A model generated the notes under the pieces. The model was not told the DNA's origin. It made no database searches and was given only the letters and a program-made list of their open reading frames with translations. Below are positions 16,055 through 25,183 of a stretch of DNA of 33,352 nt, in pieces (positions within the stretch are counted from its first letter, which is position 1; each line of letters begins with the position of its first letter). The DNA is from a virus (Duplodnaviria; Caudoviricetes). The stretch lies in IMG/VR virus record IMGVR_UViG_3300037420_001055, positions 1 through 33,352 of that record. One strand, 5' to 3'. The position numbers were made by a program, and so were the translations under genes.

Positions 16055-17172
16055 ACGCCGGCGTCGTCCAGCAGGCGGTGGTCGACGAGCTGCGGCTGTG
16101 TGCCGGCGGCAAGGCGCCAACCATGCGGGAGCTGCGGCTGCAGCTGGGCTTCGGCGCCGGCGAGCTCGCCGCTGCTGTCCAGGCGCTGCGCTATCAGGGC
16201 AAGCTCGCTTGGGACAGGCTCGAGCTTTCGCCGAGCATGATGGCCGGCGAGGAGCCGGCGACAGTTTCGTCGCGCCAGCGGGAAGAAACTCCCCGATCGG
16301 TTGGATGCGACGAAGGGACCGCCGGAGGGGCGAAACCGATCCCCGACGATGGCGGTCCCAACGAGTTATCCGGAGGGGCGTCTGGTACGGCTCGCGAGGC
16401 CCCCAGCGCGGCGTCATCGGGCGCTGCCACGAGGGACATAGTCCGCGCCCCGCATAGCGAGAGGGACCAGGCGGCCGGCGCGTCGCCTGGTCCCGACGAC
16501 GAAGAGGACGGGGGTGTCAATGACGTCACGTCGGCCCAGCAAGGGCGCGAAGGGATCGGGGCGCTACCGGCAGAAGGTGAAGCTGGGGATGTGCCCCTAT
16601 CCCTACGACCGCAACGCGAAGAGCTTCCAGATGGGCGCCTGGCGCAACCAGGATCCGACGCAGCGCGCGATCAACCAGCGGGCGCTGAGCTACCAGGGCA
16701 AGCCGCTCCCGCCCGAGCGGCAGCCGGCGCACCGCTAGGAGGCGGCTTCGTCCCCAAGGCGCTGCTGCACAAGGCTGGCATCCATGCCGCAGGCACGCGC
16801 GCAGCGAACAAGGCGCCGCCTCCGCCGCGGCACGAGCCGGAGATCTCACGCCTGGTCCGCGAGGAAGTCAGCGAGACGATGAACCGGCGCGCGCGTTCGC
16901 GTTCGACCGCGACGGTGCGGCAACCGCTCGAGTGCAGGAAGTTCGGCGTTCCTGATCTCAGCTTCACCGAGGGCGTGCAGTCGCTCCTGGCCGAACATCC
17001 GAACGACCTGATGGCTGCGATCAGCCGCAAGCATATCCAGACCTGGCGCCGGATCCTGCTGCTCGCGCGAGCTCGCGGCGAGCGCCCGGCGCAGACGCTC
17101 TACGCGGTGCTCGAGCGCGGCCTTGCCGAGCTTGGGGCTGCCCCGCCCACGGCCGAGCGGGACGCGGCCTGA
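16051..17172 (+). CDS. Hypothetical protein with a winged-helix-like N-terminus and a long disordered linker
   Basis: APTMRELRLQLG...LRYQGKL; coupled to both neighbours. Confidence 0.6.
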   Translation: MNAGVVQQAVVDELRLCAGGKAPTMRELRLQLGFGAGELAAAVQALRYQGKLAWDRLELSPSMMAGEEPATVSSRQREETPRSVGCDEGTAGGAKPIPDDGGPNELSGGASGTAREAPSAASSGAATRDIVRAPHSERDQAAGASPGPDDEEDGGVNDVTSAQQGREGIGALPAEGEAGDVPLSLRPQREELPDGRLAQPGSDAARDQPAGAELPGQAAPARAAAGAPLGGGFVPKALLHKAGIHAAGTRAANKAPPPPRHEPEISRLVREEVSETMNRRARSRSTATVRQPLECRKFGVPDLSFTEGVQSLLAEHPNDLMAAISRKHIQTWRRILLLARARGERPAQTLYAVLERGLAELGAAPPTAERDAA

Positions 17173-19793
17173 TGCTGGCGCTTTACCCGGGCGGCAAGGC
17201 CGCCTTCCTGGCGAAGCACGGGAAGGGGGGCGGCGTGGTCGCCGCCGGCGCCCTCGCTCTCGGCGTAAACATGATCGAGCTCGACGGCTATCTGAACAGC
17301 TCGCCGTTCGTCGACATTGTCCACGGCGGGATGGTCACCGCCGACGCCGGCGGCAGTACGCTTGCCGCCAATCTCGGCTCCGTGCTCGAAGCCGACCGGG
17401 ACGCGAACGGCAACCCGTCGCATATGCCGACAGGCGCGAGTTATCTCGGGATCGCCTTCGACGTGCCGGGGACCAACGCCCAGCGCCGCTTTACCTACGA
17501 CGATCCGGGCGGCCACTTTAGCGTCGTTTCGACCGGGAACATGAGCGGCGTGACCATCGCGCCGGGAAGCATCACCTTCACGCCCGATGTCGTGCAGCCG
17601 AGCTTCGCGCAGCCCTTCATCCACTATGCTTTGTCGGCAGGCGGCAACGCGAGCAATTTCCAGTGCCGCCCGGTCGCCGATCCGGGCGGCTTCATCGATG
17701 CGCAGTTCCAGACCAAGATAGGGCGCCTGGTCCGCAACGGCGGCACGGTACGGTTCCTCAAATGGGCGTCGCCGGCAGTCGAGAAGAACAGCTTCCCGAC
17801 CGAAGCCGACCCTTACCCCAATCTGAAGTTTCCGGCCGACGGTGACGGAAAGCTACAGCAGCCGATCATTACCTGGGCGAACCGCAACACGCTGGCGAGC
17901 CCCGACTGGAAGCGGATGGACGGCGTGCCCGTCGAGGCGATCATCCGCTTCGCCAACGACCTCAACATCAATCCGTGGGTGACGCTGCCGTACAATTGCG
18001 CGGATAGCTACATCACGGGCCTCGCGCAGGCGTTCAAGGACGGCACGGGGACCAGCAACGGCGTCGGGCTCAACTCGTGGCTCAAGCTCTACGTCGAGAT
18101 GAGCAATGAAGTCTGGAACTACGGATATTCTGTCGCTCATCAGTGCGCCAACGAAGCGACGTTCCTCGGCATTGCCCGCGAGGTCCGGTACGGCCAGAAG
18201 GCGCTTAACGCGTTCAACTTGATCACGACCGTCTACGGTGCCGAGGTCTCTACTCGCGTCGTCCGCGTGCTCGCCTGGCAGAATGCTGCAGATCCAAGTG
18301 TGTGGGACAGCATGTTCGCCGGCGTCGCCGGTCTGCAGGCCAAAACGGACATGCTGTCGACCGCGATCTATTACGGCGACAATGCCGATACCGGCCTTCC
18401 GACCAACTACACGACGAGCGTCGCAACCGCGCTCAGCGCTTGCCAGGCAACTCAACCCGCCGTCGTCGCACTCGCCAAGGCACACAAGGCCAAGGCGACG
18501 TCGCTCGGCCTGCGCTACGGCGCCTATGAAGCTGGGCCGACGCCGGTGTTCACCGATACGGCGTTCAAGTCGAGCTTCGCCCGCGATCCTGGTTTCGAGG
18601 GCGTGCAGCTGAACTTCCTGCAGGAATGCCTCAATCAACTCGGCTCTGGAACTCTGATCAACCTGTTCGCGTACAGCTACCTCGCGAACGACAGCGGCAA
18701 TGGGTACACCTGGGGCATATGCGAATATACGTATCAGGACACCGCCTTCGCGCCGAAGTTCAAGGCGCAAGCGGAGTTCGGCGACGGAACGCGCATCCTT
18801 GGAAACCTGACGGGGATCCTCACCGTAACTGCAGGGGCTGCCAACGGCACCGTGGTCGGGCCGAGTAACGGCGCGATCTCGCTTGCCGGATTGTCGCTGT
18901 TTGATAGCGCCGGAGGAAAGTTCGGCGTCGATATAGCGACCGGAAATATCACCGTCGCCAATTCCGGCGCGGTGACCGCCGGCGTTTACAACATCACCGA
19001 GCGCGAGACCTATGCGCTCGGGTTCAACTCACCCCACGATACGGTCCGGACGATCATCGTCGATGCAGCAGACCCGGCATGGGTGCCGAGCTCGTCGTCA
19101 ACACCGCTCGCCGGATGGTATGACCCGTCGAAGCTCTCGACCATGTTCAAGGACACGGCGGGGACGCAGCCGGTTACTGCTGATGGCGATCTCGTCGCGC
19201 TTATCAAGGACCGCTCGGGCAACGGCCACGACCTGATCCAGGCAACCGCGACCAAGCGGCCGGTCTATCGTACCGGCGGCGGCAAGCCATATCTTCAGTT
19301 CGACGGCGTCGACGATTGGCTGTCGGCGGCGACCGCCAAGGTAATCACCGATGGCAGCGGCCAGCACAGCGCCGCGGCGGGCGCCTATTTCGCCGTCAAT
19401 ACGGGCACTCAGTCACCGATAGACGCCGATGCCGCCGTGCGCGTGTCGCAGCTCGTTCGGCTTAACGGCGGCCACGTCGAAACGATCGCGTTCAAGAACG
19501 ACGGGACGCCATTCACCGATAGCGGGCCAAATATCGCCGCGACGACCAGTCTGGTGCTGTCCGAACGAACCTCAACGACGACGACCGAGGCTTATATCGG
19601 CGGTACTGGAAACGGATCTACGGCGGTTAGCGGGACCATGCAATCGAGTGCAGTCCAACTCGCCATCGGTAACTCACCCGCAAACGGTCAGCCGCTAAAC
19701 GGTCGCTTCTACGGCGGCGCTGTCTACAAGGGTGTGATCAGCGCCGGGGATCACACCAACCTGGTGAACTACCTTCAGGCGAAGATGCCTTAA
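17172..19793 (+). CDS. Multidomain glycoside hydrolase (clan GH-A-like) + cadherin-like + LamG/ConA-like lectin domain
   Basis: PWVTLPY...LYVEMSNEVWN (NE acid/base motif) and YGAYEAG (nucleophile); AANGTVVG...GKFGVD.ATGNITVAN cadherin-like segment; WYDPS...DRSGNGH...FDGVDD LamG-like C-terminus. Confidence 0.75.
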   Translation: MLALYPGGKAAFLAKHGKGGGVVAAGALALGVNMIELDGYLNSSPFVDIVHGGMVTADAGGSTLAANLGSVLEADRDANGNPSHMPTGASYLGIAFDVPGTNAQRRFTYDDPGGHFSVVSTGNMSGVTIAPGSITFTPDVVQPSFAQPFIHYALSAGGNASNFQCRPVADPGGFIDAQFQTKIGRLVRNGGTVRFLKWASPAVEKNSFPTEADPYPNLKFPADGDGKLQQPIITWANRNTLASPDWKRMDGVPVEAIIRFANDLNINPWVTLPYNCADSYITGLAQAFKDGTGTSNGVGLNSWLKLYVEMSNEVWNYGYSVAHQCANEATFLGIAREVRYGQKALNAFNLITTVYGAEVSTRVVRVLAWQNAADPSVWDSMFAGVAGLQAKTDMLSTAIYYGDNADTGLPTNYTTSVATALSACQATQPAVVALAKAHKAKATSLGLRYGAYEAGPTPVFTDTAFKSSFARDPGFEGVQLNFLQECLNQLGSGTLINLFAYSYLANDSGNGYTWGICEYTYQDTAFAPKFKAQAEFGDGTRILGNLTGILTVTAGAANGTVVGPSNGAISLAGLSLFDSAGGKFGVDIATGNITVANSGAVTAGVYNITERETYALGFNSPHDTVRTIIVDAADPAWVPSSSSTPLAGWYDPSKLSTMFKDTAGTQPVTADGDLVALIKDRSGNGHDLIQATATKRPVYRTGGGKPYLQFDGVDDWLSAATAKVITDGSGQHSAAAGAYFAVNTGTQSPIDADAAVRVSQLVRLNGGHVETIAFKNDGTPFTDSGPNIAATTSLVLSERTSTTTTEAYIGGTGNGSTAVSGTMQSSAVQLAIGNSPANGQPLNGRFYGGAVYKGVISAGDHTNLVNYLQAKMP

Positions 19794-19993
19794 TGGCGTG
19801 GCCGCATGCTCATCGAGCGAGGATCCACGATCCATTCGCGCTGCCAGCTTTCAGGCAGCCAGAACTGCCACCACCGGCGACGGTGGGTGAGCGTCACGAT
19901 GCTCACGATCCTCCCGTCCTCTCCTTCTTCCAGGCGCGGCCGGCGAGCTTGATCCACGGGCGCCGGTCCGGTGGTCAATCGATCGAAAGGCAT
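19790..19993 (-). CDS. Small Trp/Arg-rich hypothetical protein (67 aa)
   Basis: GGGGA RBS; convergent with the glycoside hydrolase and sharing its TTAA stop; divergent from the primase. Confidence 0.45.
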   Translation of the reverse strand: MPFDRLTTGPAPVDQARRPRLEEGEDGRIVSIVTLTHRRRWWQFWLPESWQREWIVDPRSMSMRPRH

Positions 19994-20055
19994 GCTCGTC
20001 CCCTGTTGTTAATGCAACACCGAGCAAGCGCGTTGTTAACGCCGGTGAGTCCGCG

Positions 20056-21138
20056 ATGCAAATTCGGGCTCGCCGCGTGAGCCGTTGCGGGACACAATTC
20101 GCGGTCAGCATCGACCTGATCAAGGCGCGCGCCAATGACCGGGTGCGCGAGCTCGCGGCCGAGCTGCTTCCCAACGGCCGCGAGGAGTGCGGCTACTGGC
20201 GCACCGGCTCGATCGCCGATGAACCTGGGCAGAGCCTCGCGGTGACGCTGCAGGGGCCCGACAAGGGCATGTGGTGCGACCATGCGACCGGCGAAGGCGG
20301 CAACCTGGTCCAGCTCGCGGCCCTGACCGCCTTTCGCGGCGACGTCGGCCAGGCGATCGCCTGGCTGAAGTCCAAGCTCGGGCTCGACGATCTCGATCCG
20401 GAGCGCTTGCGCAAGATGCGCGCCGACGTCGCCGAGCAGCAGGCCGCTGAGAACGAAAAGGTCGCGGCCGAGCGCGAGCGCAAGCGGCGCAATGCGCAGA
20501 ACATCTTCCTGCTCGCCAAGCCGATCGGCGGCACGCCGGTCGAGCTCTATCTCCGCACGCGGGGGATCGACCTGCAGCGGCTCGGCCGGGCACCCCGCTC
20601 GCTCGGCTTCTACCCAGAGCTCTATTGCGGGGAGGCGGGCCGCAAGCTGCCGGCGATGGTCGCGGCGATCGTCGCGCTCGACGGGGCGTTCATGGCCGTG
20701 CACCGCACCTGGCTGGCGCCGGACGGCAAGGGGGGCTGGACCAAGGCCGACCTCGAGGAGCCGAAGAAGGTGCTGGGCTCTTTCCGGGGCGGCTGCATCC
20801 GGCTGTGGAAGGGCGACAGTCGCCGCACCCTGGCCGAGCTCGAGGACGGCAGCGACGTGTGGGCGAGCGAGGGGATCGAGGACGGGCTTAGCGCGGCGAT
20901 CGCCAAGCCCGAGATCCGCGTCGTCGCCGGCGTCACGCTCGGCAACCTTGGCGAGATCCAGCTGCCCGAGCAGCTCGGCCGGCTGATCATCATCGGCCAG
21001 CGCGACACCAAGCCCAAGACGCTCGAGGCGCTCGAGCGCGCGATCGGCGCCCAGCAGGAGCGCGGCCGCGAGGTGTGGCTGACGCCGCCGCCGGCGGGCG
21101 GGTTCAAGGACGTCAACGAGGCTCTAGCGGCTGCTTAG
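20056..21138 (+). CDS. DNA primase (P4 alpha-like N-terminal region + TOPRIM)
   Basis: G.W.DHATGEGG N-terminal motif, YLRTRGI, PAMVA..VHRTWL, EGIEDGLS and KDVNE. Start may instead be GTG 20077. Confidence 0.88.
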   Translation: MQIRARRVSRCGTQFAVSIDLIKARANDRVRELAAELLPNGREECGYWRTGSIADEPGQSLAVTLQGPDKGMWCDHATGEGGNLVQLAALTAFRGDVGQAIAWLKSKLGLDDLDPERLRKMRADVAEQQAAENEKVAAERERKRRNAQNIFLLAKPIGGTPVELYLRTRGIDLQRLGRAPRSLGFYPELYCGEAGRKLPAMVAAIVALDGAFMAVHRTWLAPDGKGGWTKADLEEPKKVLGSFRGGCIRLWKGDSRRTLAELEDGSDVWASEGIEDGLSAAIAKPEIRVVAGVTLGNLGEIQLPEQLGRLIIIGQRDTKPKTLEALERAIGAQQERGREVWLTPPPAGGFKDVNEALAAA

Positions 21139-21151
21139 GGAGAGAACGGAA

Positions 21152-21517
21152 ATGGAAGAAGACGTTACCAGCGAAAGTCTGCGGTCGACCGAAGCCGAAT
21201 GTGCCGAAGGGCGCACCGCGCCGCGTGTCAGTCTCGACGACATCGAGGCGAATATCGCCGAGAAGCATTTCGTGCTTGGCATCCAGGCCGTGTCCGCTGC
21301 CGGCGGATGCTCGTTCTACGCCTCGCTTGATACGTTGACCCTGTGTTTGATCGTGCTGCGCAACGGCTTCACGATCATCGGCAAGTCCGCTCCGGCGTCG
21401 CCGGCGAACTTCGATGCAATGTTGGGTCGCAAGCTCGCCTATGAGGACGCGGTTCGCCAGATCTGGCCGCTGATGGGCTACGAGCTCCGTGAGCGGCTGG
21501 CGCGAGAAGCCGCGTGA
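21152..21517 (+). CDS. N4 Gp49 / Sf6 gp66 family phage protein
   Basis: TLC.IVLRNGFT..G.SA.ASPANFD...G...A..DA..QIWPL.GY.L motif. Confidence 0.85.
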   Translation: MEEDVTSESLRSTEAECAEGRTAPRVSLDDIEANIAEKHFVLGIQAVSAAGGCSFYASLDTLTLCLIVLRNGFTIIGKSAPASPANFDAMLGRKLAYEDAVRQIWPLMGYELRERLAREAA

Positions 21518-21735
21518 GCTCGCTCAATCCCGGCGGAAAGCGCGACACGCCCGGATCAGGGCGCGTTTTCGGTTCTCACCAGATCAAACGCATAATCCAG
21601 CAGCGCCTAGCTGACCGGGATTACAAGGTGGGTGCGCACACATCGATTGCCTTGGGCAATCGCCACGGCGGCCTCCATCTGCATTCGCGCGAGATCTCGC
21701 GTCGTCTGAGGCAGGCGGCGAGGCGGTCCGCGTGA
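21514..21735 (+). CDS. Hypothetical basic protein (73 aa)
   Basis: GTGA overlaps on both sides. Confidence 0.5.
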   Translation: MSSLNPGGKRDTPGSGRVFGSHQIKRIIQQRLADRDYKVGAHTSIALGNRHGGLHLHSREISRRLRQAARRSA

Positions 21736-21914
21736 GCATGTATGTGGGGCCAGTCCGGTTTCGCGCCTGTCCTGGCTGCGGCCGCGACCATTCGGCCATT
21801 CAGCGATGCGCGTCGCCGCCGGCGCCTCCGCGTCCCGGCCTTCGTGAACTGAAGGTCTCCGTGCGCTCGAGCGCGAGCGGCACGGCCATCGCGAGAATGC
21901 TGCTGGATGGCTAG
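21732..21914 (+). CDS. Hypothetical protein with CxxC (60 aa)
   Basis: Bridges the neighbouring genes with overlaps; CPGC motif. Confidence 0.4.
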   Translation: MSMYVGPVRFRACPGCGRDHSAIQRCASPPAPPRPGLRELKVSVRSSASGTAIARMLLDG

Positions 21915-23733
21915 AAGGGGCGGCCTCAAAGCGGTGAATGACGCGCTCGAGGGGGCGCGGCCTGCGCCGCGTGTCGCGCGAGGCAAGAAGGAGGAGGAGC
22001 AGCGCGAGCTGCCTCTCCTCCCCGCCGGCTGCCCGGTGAAGCCGCTCGGCAAGCTGCTGCAAACGTGTTTCTACCTCGACGAACAGGGCCAGCTGATCGC
22101 CCTCGGCCCGCGCGACCACGGCAAGACGCACATTCAGAGCCTCTTCGGCCGGCGCGCTGGGCTGGTCCACGAATATTGGCCGCGGCTTAGCGACAAAGTC
22201 GACGACGCGACCGGCGAGCGCAAGGTGACCGGCTGGAAGCCCGAGGTCGCCGCGGAGATCCTGCAGGCGGCCTGCGCGCACGTCGGGCTGTTCGATCCCC
22301 AGGGCAAGGTCCGCGACCGCGGCGCCTGGCGCGGGCCCGCCGGCGAGCTCGTCATCCACCACGGCGACAAGATTTACCGATCGGGCGCACCGCACGGCCT
22401 CGCCTGGGAAGAGCCGGACCTAATCGACGGCTACGTCTATCCGACTGCGCCGGCGATGCCGCGACCGGAGATCTCAGCCGTCGACCATCAGCCCGGCGTG
22501 TTCCTCTTGTCGCTGCTCCGCACCTGGTATTGGGAGCGGCCGAAGATCGACCCCTATCTACTGCTCGGCTTCATCGCCCAGGCCCCGTTCGGCGGCGCGA
22601 TCGACTGGCGATCGCACGTCTGGGTGACCGGCGACAGCGCGACCGGCAAGTCGACGCTCGAGAGCAAGCTCTTGCAGTGGCTGCTCGAGGGGCTGCAGCT
22701 CCGCACCAACGACGCGACCGAAGCCTCGATCCGCCAGGTCCTCGGCAAGCAGACCCTGCCGGTGTTCTTCGACGAGCTCGAGGCCGAGGACAATAACGAC
22801 CGGGCGAAGCGGGTGATCAAGCTCGCGCGCCTGGCGAGCTCGGCCGGCGTCATCTTCCGCGGCGGCAGCGACCACCAGGCGACCGAGTTCGTCGCCAGAT
22901 CCTGTTTCTACTTCACCTCGATCCTGATGCCGCCAATGCTCGCCCAGGACCGCAACCGCATGGCGATCCTCGAGCTCAAGCCGATCCCGCCTGGCGCGCG
23001 CGAGCCGATGCTCGACCGGGCGCGGATCGTCGAGCTCGGCAAGCAGCTGCGCCGGCGCGTGATCGACCAGTGGGAGCGCTATGACGCGACCTTGCAGGCC
23101 TATCGTCGCGCGCTTGCCGGACAGGGCCACAGCGGCCGCTCGGCCGACCAGTTCGGCAACCTGCTCGCCTTCGCGGATCTGCTGCTCTACGACGGGCCCG
23201 AGCCCGAGCCCGACGTCCTCAGCGACTGGGCGGACGCGCTCAAGGCCTCCGAGCTCGCGGAGACGGCCGACAACCGCAGCGATGCGCAGGAGGCCTGCGA
23301 GTTCCTGACCGGCTTCCCGCTGCAGCTGCGCGGCGGCGACGAGCCGAAGCCGATTTCGCGCTTTATCGAGCTCGGCCTCGGCCGCGGCGTTACCAACCTC
23401 GACGGCAGCGATGCCGAGCGCGCGCGATCGACGCTCGAGAACCACGGACTGAAGCTCGTCGTGCTCACCGACAAGGGCGGCGCGGCCGTGCCGAAGCCCG
23501 GCCAGCTGCCGACGCACCTGGCGATCGCCAACTCGCACCAGGCGCTGGCGCGGATCTTCGCCAGCGCCAGCGGTGCCCGGGAGCGGCGCTGGGCCGACGG
23601 CGTGTGGTCGCAGACCTTCGGGCGCGTGCCTGGCGCCGTGCGGCGCGTCCAGGTGCGCTACGCAGACGATGCTGGGCGCAAGGCGACGCTTGTGCCGATC
23701 GACGCGCTCCTCGGCCTTGAGGAGGCGAAATGA
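21907..23733 (+). CDS. Replicative P-loop helicase (superfamily 3-like)
   Basis: Walker A GDSATGKS and Walker B VFFDE; downstream of the primase and upstream of the iteron array. Confidence 0.8.
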   Translation: MARRGGLKAVNDALEGARPAPRVARGKKEEEQRELPLLPAGCPVKPLGKLLQTCFYLDEQGQLIALGPRDHGKTHIQSLFGRRAGLVHEYWPRLSDKVDDATGERKVTGWKPEVAAEILQAACAHVGLFDPQGKVRDRGAWRGPAGELVIHHGDKIYRSGAPHGLAWEEPDLIDGYVYPTAPAMPRPEISAVDHQPGVFLLSLLRTWYWERPKIDPYLLLGFIAQAPFGGAIDWRSHVWVTGDSATGKSTLESKLLQWLLEGLQLRTNDATEASIRQVLGKQTLPVFFDELEAEDNNDRAKRVIKLARLASSAGVIFRGGSDHQATEFVARSCFYFTSILMPPMLAQDRNRMAILELKPIPPGAREPMLDRARIVELGKQLRRRVIDQWERYDATLQAYRRALAGQGHSGRSADQFGNLLAFADLLLYDGPEPEPDVLSDWADALKASELAETADNRSDAQEACEFLTGFPLQLRGGDEPKPISRFIELGLGRGVTNLDGSDAERARSTLENHGLKLVVLTDKGGAAVPKPGQLPTHLAIANSHQALARIFASASGARERRWADGVWSQTFGRVPGAVRRVQVRYADDAGRKATLVPIDALLGLEEAK

Positions 23734-23871
23734 GCGTGCTGCAGCTCATGCGGCCAGCAGCGCGCAGCGCTGCGATGCGGCCGCATTCCTCATTCCTTCC
23801 TTCGCCCTGGCCCGTTTCTGCCGCATCCCTTTGTTCCGCCTCTCTTTTTTTTGCGCCCGCGCCCCGGCCCG

Positions 23872-24170
23872 TTGGGAAGCAGTCATATTGGGTAGCCGTG
23901 CTGTGTTCCCAGTTTGATTGGGAACATGGGCGCGGGTGGGAACGCTTTTGGGAACATGAAAAGCGGCCCAATTCAGTGGCTTACGCGATTGTTCCCACTG
24001 TTCCCACTCCGGCGCGTGCGCGCGTAATGTGCTCGCGTGCGCGCGCGCTTGGTCTCATGTCTCTTTCCTTGGGAACATGGGAACAGTGTCTAGTTATCGA
24101 GCTAGATCAAGCACTTACGTTGTTCCCAAGCCTGTTTCCAGCGGCTCGGCGGGTGGGAACGTGGGAACAT
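23872..24170. repeat. Putative replication origin: GGGAAC iteron array
   Basis: GGGAAC/GTTCCC occurs 11 times (about 23905, 23920, 23938, 23950, 23991, 24000, 24071, 24079, 24122, 24155, 24163). IHF-like sites at 23971-23983 and 24105-24117; central CG/TG alternating tract. Confidence 0.8.
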
Positions 24171-24387
24171 CCGAAGGCCTCGGCCCGCCTTCGTGACTGG
24201 CTCTGCGGCGCGGCGAATAAACTAGAGGTCGGATATGGTCATCCGCGGCTTCAGGCTGGGGATGCGCGGCGAAAGTTTCGGGCGCCGAACGCGCTCGAGC
24301 TCGGCCGCGGCCTGGTCGACCAGGCGCAGCTGCGCTCGGATCCGCAGAATGGCGGAAATCGGCCGTTTCCGCTGCGCCCGATCGGGC

Positions 24388-24474
24388 ATGTTGGAAGGGC
24401 GATGTTGGAAGGCCGCGCGCAAGCCGCTGATCCGGCGTCGTTTTCCGTGCCGTGTCGGAAGCTTGGCAGGCTTC
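24388..24474. other. Second att-like site (arm motifs + IHF-like site + core)
   Basis: ATGTTGGAAGG at 24388 and 24402 (identical to the attP arm motif at 7565); CAAGCCGCTGATC IHF-like near 24420-24432; GAAGC-TTGGCAG-GCTTC at 24458-24474 (16/17 match to the attP core). Confidence 0.7.
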
Positions 24475-24862
24475 GCGGCCGTGCCCTGGGCGAGCTCGCC
24501 GGCCTTTTCGTCGCGAGGGCCCCCAGGGCCCCCAATCGCGGCCGCCGATCGTCCGCCATGCTGGCGATGGACGCCGGCGGAATTTGGATCGAGACCCGTT
24601 CCGGGCCGATCGACGTCCAGGCGGGCTCCATTCATGACTGGGCCATCCGGACGGTTGAGGAGAAGGCGCAAAATGACACGTCGCGGCGGGGGCCGGGGGG
24701 CGCGGATCTCTCGATCGCGGCCGGAACCGCGGGACGGGCGCACAGTCGCAGGGTTTGGAAGCGGGCCGGGGTGAATTTCTCTCCGGCGGTCGCCCGGCCC
24801 CACGAAGCCGGCGGAAACCGGACGCTGGGCCGCCGTAACGAAACTGTCAAGGGGCTCGCGGC

Positions 24863-25183
24863 GTGAGCGGTTGCACGCACCAGGACTGCGATCGCCAGGC
24901 GACGCATGGCCCGATTTTGATGATCCCTGCGAAGGGCTACGCGGCCGAGCCGAAGAACTGCGTCCAGATGTTCCTCGGTGTTGCTTGCTGTGAGCAGCAT
25001 GCTTGCGATCCAATCACGCTCCCGGACGAGTCGAAGAGCCGCATTAGGACGGCGTTGATCGTCAGCGGGAAGGCGCCGCCCGATTTCGACCGCATGTGGA
25101 TTGAGGCTCGTCCGCTCTCCGATCCAATGTTTGAGACGTATCGCGAGTTGGTCGCCAAGTCCGAAGGCGGGGGCCGGGCATGA
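24863..25183 (+). CDS. Cys-rich hypothetical protein (106 aa)
   Basis: C-x4-C ... CCxxH; ATGA overlap with the next gene. Confidence 0.6.
   Translation: MSGCTHQDCDRQATHGPILMIPAKGYAAEPKNCVQMFLGVACCEQHACDPITLPDESKSRIRTALIVSGKAPPDFDRMWIEARPLSDPMFETYRELVAKSEGGGRA

Noticed and set aside
23872-24170. Possible CRISPR-like array
   Set aside because: Repeats are only 6-8 bp, in both orientations and irregularly spaced; no cas genes.
23730-24866. 378-aa plus-strand ORF after the helicase
   Set aside because: It runs across the iteron array (repeated WE peptides come from TGGGAA) and the att-like site, with atypical composition. Probably not a real protein, although it overlaps both neighbours by 4 bp, so it is not fully excluded.
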